Below are positions 59,545 to 64,000 of a stretch of 64,000 nt of DNA, in pieces (positions within the stretch are counted from its first letter, which is position 1; every line of letters begins with the position of its first letter). The notes under the pieces are model-generated. The model saw nothing but the letters and a program-made list of their open reading frames with translations. It searched no databases and was not told where the DNA came from. The stretch is from a virus. The position numbers and the translations under genes were made by a program. The stretch is taken from positions 6,816 through 70,815 of the IMG/VR virus record IMGVR_UViG_3300044712_002068. One strand, 5' to 3'.

Positions 59545-59970
59545 ATGGCGCAACCGATGACACTGCCCGAGAACCCAACGGCAGAGCAGTTTAACAAAGC
59601 AGAACCGATTATCGTGCAGGCGATTATCGAAGAATATTACCGAGACGGCATCACGCCACTCACGCGGGTCGAGGGCGACCCCAACACAAACGAGTTTCAG
59701 CGGACTGCACCAGGGGAATATAAGGGCGTTTTTAGCAGCGCTGACGGCAAGACTCAGTTTGCGTTTGAGATTAACAAAAGCGATATCAACTATTCGCCCC
59801 TAAACCCTGAAACCATTGACGCAATGGAGTCTGAGGGCGATGAGGTGAGCTTTAGTGAGGCGATCGCCGATGTCACGATGGAAACCCGTTTAGGGGTGTT
59901 TCACCGTCGTGGTGTTGACGGATTGGCAGAATTCTATGAGTGGCTTGATGAGTCGGATGATGAGGGCTAA
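59545..59970 (+). CDS. Acidic hypothetical head-module protein
   Basis: GAGG RBS, late-type motif upstream, contains VSFSE linker. Confidence 0.55.
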   Translation: MAQPMTLPENPTAEQFNKAEPIIVQAIIEEYYRDGITPLTRVEGDPNTNEFQRTAPGEYKGVFSSADGKTQFAFEINKSDINYSPLNPETIDAMESEGDEVSFSEAIADVTMETRLGVFHRRGVDGLAEFYEWLDESDDEG

Positions 59971-59972
59971 TC

Positions 59973-62900
59973 GTGGCCACAGCTTACGAACGGCTCAAGT
60001 TTGACGAGGCGATCGCCTACTTTAAGCAGAAAATACCGCTGCCTACCGAAACTTGGCAGCAAATTATCAACGACGCTCAAGACTGGGCCTTTACACTTTC
60101 AGGGGTCGAGAGTGCCCTAGTTTTGCAGACGGTTTACGATAAACTGCTGCAAATCTTGGAGGCTGAAAGCGAAACAGTAGACACGTTTCAGGAGTTTGCC
60201 GATACCTTTCAGCAGACCATGCAGGCCGCTGGCTATGGGCAGCAGTCGCCTTGGCGAGTGGCGCTGGTCTATGGGCAGAATATTCGCACGGCTTACAATG
60301 CAGGGCGATATCGGCAGCAGACTGACCCTGAGTTGATGGCTGCTAACCCCTACCTGCAATGGGTGCACGACCACCCGTTGGAGCCTCGACCCCACCATAA
60401 GGCGCTACACCTAAAGGTTTTTAGGGCTGATCATCCCATCTGGAAAACCATCTATCCTGCATCGGGGTTTGGTTGTTTCGCCAAAGGAACATTAGTCGCA
60501 ACCGAAAGCGGCTGGAAACCCATTGAATCAATTGCTGTGGGCGATCGCGTCATTGGGGGCAGCGGTGACATCAAGCCTGTAAACGCCGTTCACTCGATAC
60601 CCTACAGCGGAGAGATGATAAGGGTTTCCTGTAAAGGTGTTGACGATACTCTTGCGACCCCAAACCACCGTTTTTTGACTGCCAGGGGTTGGATCAGAGC
60701 TGATTCTCTGCTTGAGAGCGATGTACTCATCCAGGTCGGCCAACTTCCCAGCATTGACATATCGGTTGGCAAGGTAAACAAGATCGATTCCGCTGCTGAC
60801 AATGCTTGCGTGACGCTCCCAAGAGAGAGGCAGTCGAGCAAGGCCAAAACATTCAATCCCCAAACTCAATGCAGGGATAAACACGTCAATCCAATAGGGG
60901 TAGACGTGATGATTATGAATAACCTCAAAACCCATCGCCCTGATGTGGTTGATAACCGCAGCCTCAATCTTCGTAGGCTTGGCGATTGCACAGGGGTGGC
61001 TCAATGGGTTGAGCTTGTGTGTGCGTTTAAGGCTGGCGACGATTTTTGCCCTAACGTCAGGTCTTCTAGCAGATGTAGTGATCCTGAGTTTTTCAGCAGC
61101 AGTTCTCCGGCCAGGGCAGTTCTCTTTGGTCTTGCCAGTATTTGGAGCCCGACCCTCGGCGGACATCCTCCTCATAACCTCTTTGCCGACCTGCCGGGTC
61201 TTCTCTCTCCGCTCATCATTACCAGCCCATTGAAGGGCGACGGCTTCACTGCCTCTTCTAACGGGTACGTTAAGCTGCTCGAAAAGCTTCATGATGCTGT
61301 GATTTCCAGCACTCCAGCGATCGCACAACTGCCTGATCGTCATCTTGTCCACAACGTAGAGCCTGTGCAAAACGTCTCCGATCTCGCCAGCCTGACAGCC
61401 CTCAATAGCTGCAATTTTGCTCAGCAATTGAACACTGATCTCACCCTTGGCCAGACGCCTGCGGGGAATGCCAAAGTAGCTCATTATGCCGAAAACAGCG
61501 GACACGGAGCACTGGAATCTATCAGCGATCGCCTGCAACGTCATTTCCTGCTCAATGTAGAGGAGCCGCAAGGCTTCGTTAGCGGGGCACCCCTCGATCG
61601 ATTCGATTCGTTGAATGAGTTTCTGAGATGGTGCGCTACCCATGCGACTCTTACCCCAATAAACAGGCTAGAAAAAACGCTCTACACTGGCACCGTGCAT
61701 GATTTAAGTATATCCCAAGATGAAAGCTATGTAATCGTTTCAGGGATTGTGCATAATTGCCGTTGTCGGGTTTTTGGTTTGAGCGATCGCGACCTGGCAC
61801 GAGAGGGGCTCGCAGTTGAGGAGCCACCGAGCCAGACGGTTACAATCCGCGATCGCATCACGGGCAAAACACAGCGAGTGCCAGCGATCGAGGTTGATGG
61901 GGTACTGTATCCCATTGCAGAGCCAGGTTTTACCACGGCACCGGGGGCGTCACCCCTAGAACAGCGGCAACAAATTTTAGAGGGTGCGCTCAATCGCATG
62001 AGCCCACGACTGCGAGAGTTGGCAGCGCAGCAGATTGACTTTACCGAAACCCTCGACTTTGCACAGCTCAAAAACGCAGGCAACACCAAACAGACCAAAA
62101 ACTGTGTTAAAGGGTGGCCTTGTGGGTTCACCTGCCTCAGCAGGGCCAAGAAGAACTGTAAACGCAAGCTAGAGGGGCAATCGGTCAGTCTTCAGGAGTG
62201 GCTCAAGCTAAATCAGGCTATAGGCTCAAATGAGTTTGCCGAGCGCTACGCCGCATCGTGGAGCAATGCCCCAGATGATCTCAAGTCGGTTATTGGTGCA
62301 CAACCCAAGCCCAAAGAGCTATCTGGAACCGTAGAGAGAGTAGCCTACTTTCAGTCTTCAATGGGCGGCATTTATATGAATGGCTACACGCCAGACCACC
62401 CACAGGGCGAGGGGGTTTGGCGGCATGAGTATGGCCATCATCTTGACCATGAATTGGTGGCCAGCGCGATCGCCCTGGCTGATAAACAGATTGCTGCAAA
62501 GCGCTCTGAGATGGGCAAAGGTACCCGCAGCATTCAAGAGGCAAGCAAGCTGAGTACAGAGTTTTTGAGGCTGCAAAACGATCGAGCCAGTCTAGACAAG
62601 GTGCGCTACACCTCAAGCGCTAGCGGCTATACCAGGAAGGTGCACAACGATAGCGATCGCTTGGTCAAGGGCCGAGCGCAAACGTTAGAGCTGATGAGTA
62701 CTGGGTATGACAAGCTCAGCGCCTATGCCGAATCAATCAGGCGCGACCCAAAACAGCGAAGCGAGTTTACCGTAATTGACAAAGCAAGAATCGGCGGTAT
62801 CCCAATCAATGTGAGGAACGGCGCTCGATCCCTTGCAGACTACCCAGATGATGACAGGCTCTACTATCTGCGCGGGTTTTACAAAGACTACGAGCGAGGG

Positions 62901-63371
62901 CAGATAGAGCGCGATCGCCATTCTGATGCTGATGAAAACGCCCATGCTGCGCAGTGGGGCGATCGCCACTTTGAGGGGAGAGACGATATTTATGCCCAAA
63001 CGTGGCAAGAGGCGCGGCGGATGGGCGTTGAGCTAACCCCAGGCAACACGGCGAGCCTGATCACCGCAGACCGTTTTAACGACCGAGAGCTATTGGTCGC
63101 ATTTGTTGACGGGAAGATCGCTAGTGAAGACAAAATGAGCGGAGTAACGCCTGATTTTATTGGCTCAATCACCCTGAACAAAGTAGGGCGGGGGCATAGT
63201 GACGACTACTATGCCAGCTCTCCAGACAACCGCTACACCGAAACGTTTGCCAATTTTGTCGCGATGTACGGCTCAGGAAAGCCATACTATAACAATCTGA
63301 TGAATGACCTTGCCCCAGAGACTTACGCTGCCTACCGAGAGCTGATCGACGATGCTGCAAGACAAACTTGA
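59973..63371 (+). CDS. MuF (gp30-like) head morphogenesis protein with intein, Cys4 tag and C-terminal zincin-like domain
   Basis: F.EAI.YF..K, AFT.SG, N..TAY.AGRY, PRPHH..LH..VF..DHP.W..IYP..GFG/CRC; RHEYGHHLD and ETFAN. Confidence 0.88.
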   Translation: MATAYERLKFDEAIAYFKQKIPLPTETWQQIINDAQDWAFTLSGVESALVLQTVYDKLLQILEAESETVDTFQEFADTFQQTMQAAGYGQQSPWRVALVYGQNIRTAYNAGRYRQQTDPELMAANPYLQWVHDHPLEPRPHHKALHLKVFRADHPIWKTIYPASGFGCFAKGTLVATESGWKPIESIAVGDRVIGGSGDIKPVNAVHSIPYSGEMIRVSCKGVDDTLATPNHRFLTARGWIRADSLLESDVLIQVGQLPSIDISVGKVNKIDSAADNACVTLPRERQSSKAKTFNPQTQCRDKHVNPIGVDVMIMNNLKTHRPDVVDNRSLNLRRLGDCTGVAQWVELVCAFKAGDDFCPNVRSSSRCSDPEFFSSSSPARAVLFGLASIWSPTLGGHPPHNLFADLPGLLSPLIITSPLKGDGFTASSNGYVKLLEKLHDAVISSTPAIAQLPDRHLVHNVEPVQNVSDLASLTALNSCNFAQQLNTDLTLGQTPAGNAKVAHYAENSGHGALESISDRLQRHFLLNVEEPQGFVSGAPLDRFDSLNEFLRWCATHATLTPINRLEKTLYTGTVHDLSISQDESYVIVSGIVHNCRCRVFGLSDRDLAREGLAVEEPPSQTVTIRDRITGKTQRVPAIEVDGVLYPIAEPGFTTAPGASPLEQRQQILEGALNRMSPRLRELAAQQIDFTETLDFAQLKNAGNTKQTKNCVKGWPCGFTCLSRAKKNCKRKLEGQSVSLQEWLKLNQAIGSNEFAERYAASWSNAPDDLKSVIGAQPKPKELSGTVERVAYFQSSMGGIYMNGYTPDHPQGEGVWRHEYGHHLDHELVASAIALADKQIAAKRSEMGKGTRSIQEASKLSTEFLRLQNDRASLDKVRYTSSASGYTRKVHNDSDRLVKGRAQTLELMSTGYDKLSAYAESIRRDPKQRSEFTVIDKARIGGIPINVRNGARSLADYPDDDRLYYLRGFYKDYERGQIERDRHSDADENAHAAQWGDRHFEGRDDIYAQTWQEARRMGVELTPGNTASLITADRFNDRELLVAFVDGKIASEDKMSGVTPDFIGSITLNKVGRGHSDDYYASSPDNRYTETFANFVAMYGSGKPYYNNLMNDLAPETYAAYRELIDDAARQT
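60474..61757 (+). mobile_element. Intein (428 aa) in MuF
   Basis: Block A CFAKGTLV, block B ATPNHRFLT, block F VHDLSI, block G IVHN followed by +1 Cys; splicing restores GFG-CRCRV. Confidence 0.92.
60528..61643 (-). CDS. Antisense-encoded HTH + DUF559/Vsr-like endonuclease nested inside the intein
   Basis: Two LY....MT...IA/LC HTH repeats ending IPRR/VPVR, NUMOD-like basic linker, PTKIE...YWIDVFIP...IECFG nuclease motif. Confidence 0.78.
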   Translation of the reverse strand: MGSAPSQKLIQRIESIEGCPANEALRLLYIEQEMTLQAIADRFQCSVSAVFGIMSYFGIPRRRLAKGEISVQLLSKIAAIEGCQAGEIGDVLHRLYVVDKMTIRQLCDRWSAGNHSIMKLFEQLNVPVRRGSEAVALQWAGNDERREKTRQVGKEVMRRMSAEGRAPNTGKTKENCPGRRTAAEKLRITTSARRPDVRAKIVASLKRTHKLNPLSHPCAIAKPTKIEAAVINHIRAMGFEVIHNHHVYPYWIDVFIPALSLGIECFGLARLPLSWERHASIVSSGIDLVYLANRYVNAGKLADLDEYIALKQRISSDPTPGSQKTVVWGRKSIVNTFTGNPYHLSAVGYRVNGVYRLDVTAAPNDAIAHSN

Positions 63372-63543
63372 CCTCTATTACCTCAAGTTTGGGCATACCT
63401 TTTCGGTGTTTGCCCTTGACCTGAGTAGCCCTGAGGTATCGCAGCGGCTTGAGCAGTTGATTGATGCAGCACTGGCAGGCGATCGCGGCCCTGTGACAGA
63501 CGCTGATTTGGGTATTTCTGTGCCCAAAGACGCCCTGATTTAA
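63352..63543 (+). CDS. Small protein overlapping MuF stop, candidate immunity partner
   Basis: 63 aa, YYLKFG..F...LIDAAL. Confidence 0.5.
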   Translation: MLQDKLDLYYLKFGHTFSVFALDLSSPEVSQRLEQLIDAALAGDRGPVTDADLGISVPKDALI

Positions 63544-63564
63544 CCAATGTTCTAGGGGTGGGCT

Positions 63565-64000
63565 GTGGCAAAAATCCGAATCACTACACGCGACCTACAG
63601 CCACTCCGCCTATCGCTTGAGCAGTATGAGGCATTTATCAGACGGCCTACTGTAGCGCTCAAACGCATCGGAGCCTATCAAGAGCGGCGATATCAAAAGG
63701 CATTCGACGCTAACCGCACGCCCGAGGGGGCAGCATGGCCTAAGCTGGCACCCTCAACCATTGCCAGTAAACGCAACCCCAAAATGCTGGTTGAGACGGT
63801 TGGGCGCATCCCTGCGTCACTGTTCCATGAAGTGGTGAACGGGGTGATCACGGTGGGGTACGGCGACCCATTGGCCCAGATCCACCACGACGGAGCCAAG
63901 ATCAGACCCCATAAAATCATCCCAAAAAACAAGAAAGCGCTCTACTGGAAAGGGGCGTCTCACCCCGTGCGCTCGGTCAATCACCCAGGCTCGACCCTGC
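63565..64000 (+). CDS. Phage virion morphogenesis protein (Mu gpG-like), runs off window end
   Basis: Hand translation: F....TPEG.AW..LAPST...K...L.ET.G, IHHDG, IIPKNKKALYWKG..HPV.SVNHPG. Confidence 0.82.
   Translation, partial: MAKIRITTRDLQPLRLSLEQYEAFIRRPTVALKRIGAYQERRYQKAFDANRTPEGAAWPKLAPSTIASKRNPKMLVETVGRIPASLFHEVVNGVITVGYGDPLAQIHHDGAKIRPHKIIPKNKKALYWKGASHPVRSVNHPGSTL

Larger units (their letters stand above)
1..64000. mobile_element. Temperate cyanophage genome segment (Mu-like head genes, siphovirus-like tail, tyrosine integrase), probably excised/circular form
   Basis: Terminase, DUF935 portal, MuF, gpG, tape measure, endolysin, repressor, rep and integrase+attP all present; no host housekeeping genes recognised; HIP1 abundant. 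Confidence 0.93.

Noticed and set aside
54370-62190. Diversity-generating retroelement TR/VR pair among the Cys4 repeats
   Set aside because: No reverse transcriptase in the window; differences are largely synonymous and not adenine-specific.
48039-64000. Transposable Mu-like phage
   Set aside because: Only the head genes are Mu-like; no MuA/MuB seen, and a tyrosine integrase with a tRNA att site is present.

Overview
The window is almost entirely a temperate phage of a cyanobacterium, judged from the very dense HIP1 octamer GCGATCGC. It appears to be the excised/circular form: a tyrosine integrase sits next to an attP core made of the 3' 67 bp of tRNA-Ser(GCT), with phage genes on both sides. 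Gene order: siphovirus-like tail module (tube, chaperone, 1303-aa tape measure, hub/fibre genes) with a GH108 endolysin; accessory/early region; CI/Cro-like switch; replication initiator with internal iterons; AlkB; xis/int/attP; a reversed block of virion genes; then a Mu-like head module (terminase, DUF935 portal, MuF, gpG). Two IS200/IS605-family tnpB elements are inserted. The most unusual signals are: (1) a shared F-x-E/IDF linker plus four-cysteine tag repeated in front of cargo domains fused to portal, MuF and a free polyvalent protein; (2) a MuF intein whose apparent endonuclease is encoded on the antisense strand in codon register; (3) a small PatX-like HRGSGR peptide gene behind a strong promoter; (4) a GGGAA(T/C/A)NCT J-box-like motif upstream of about ten virion/lysis genes; (5) 24 exact copies of the non-palindromic 10-mer CCCCTAGAAC. 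All protein family calls are motif recognition by eye, not database searches.
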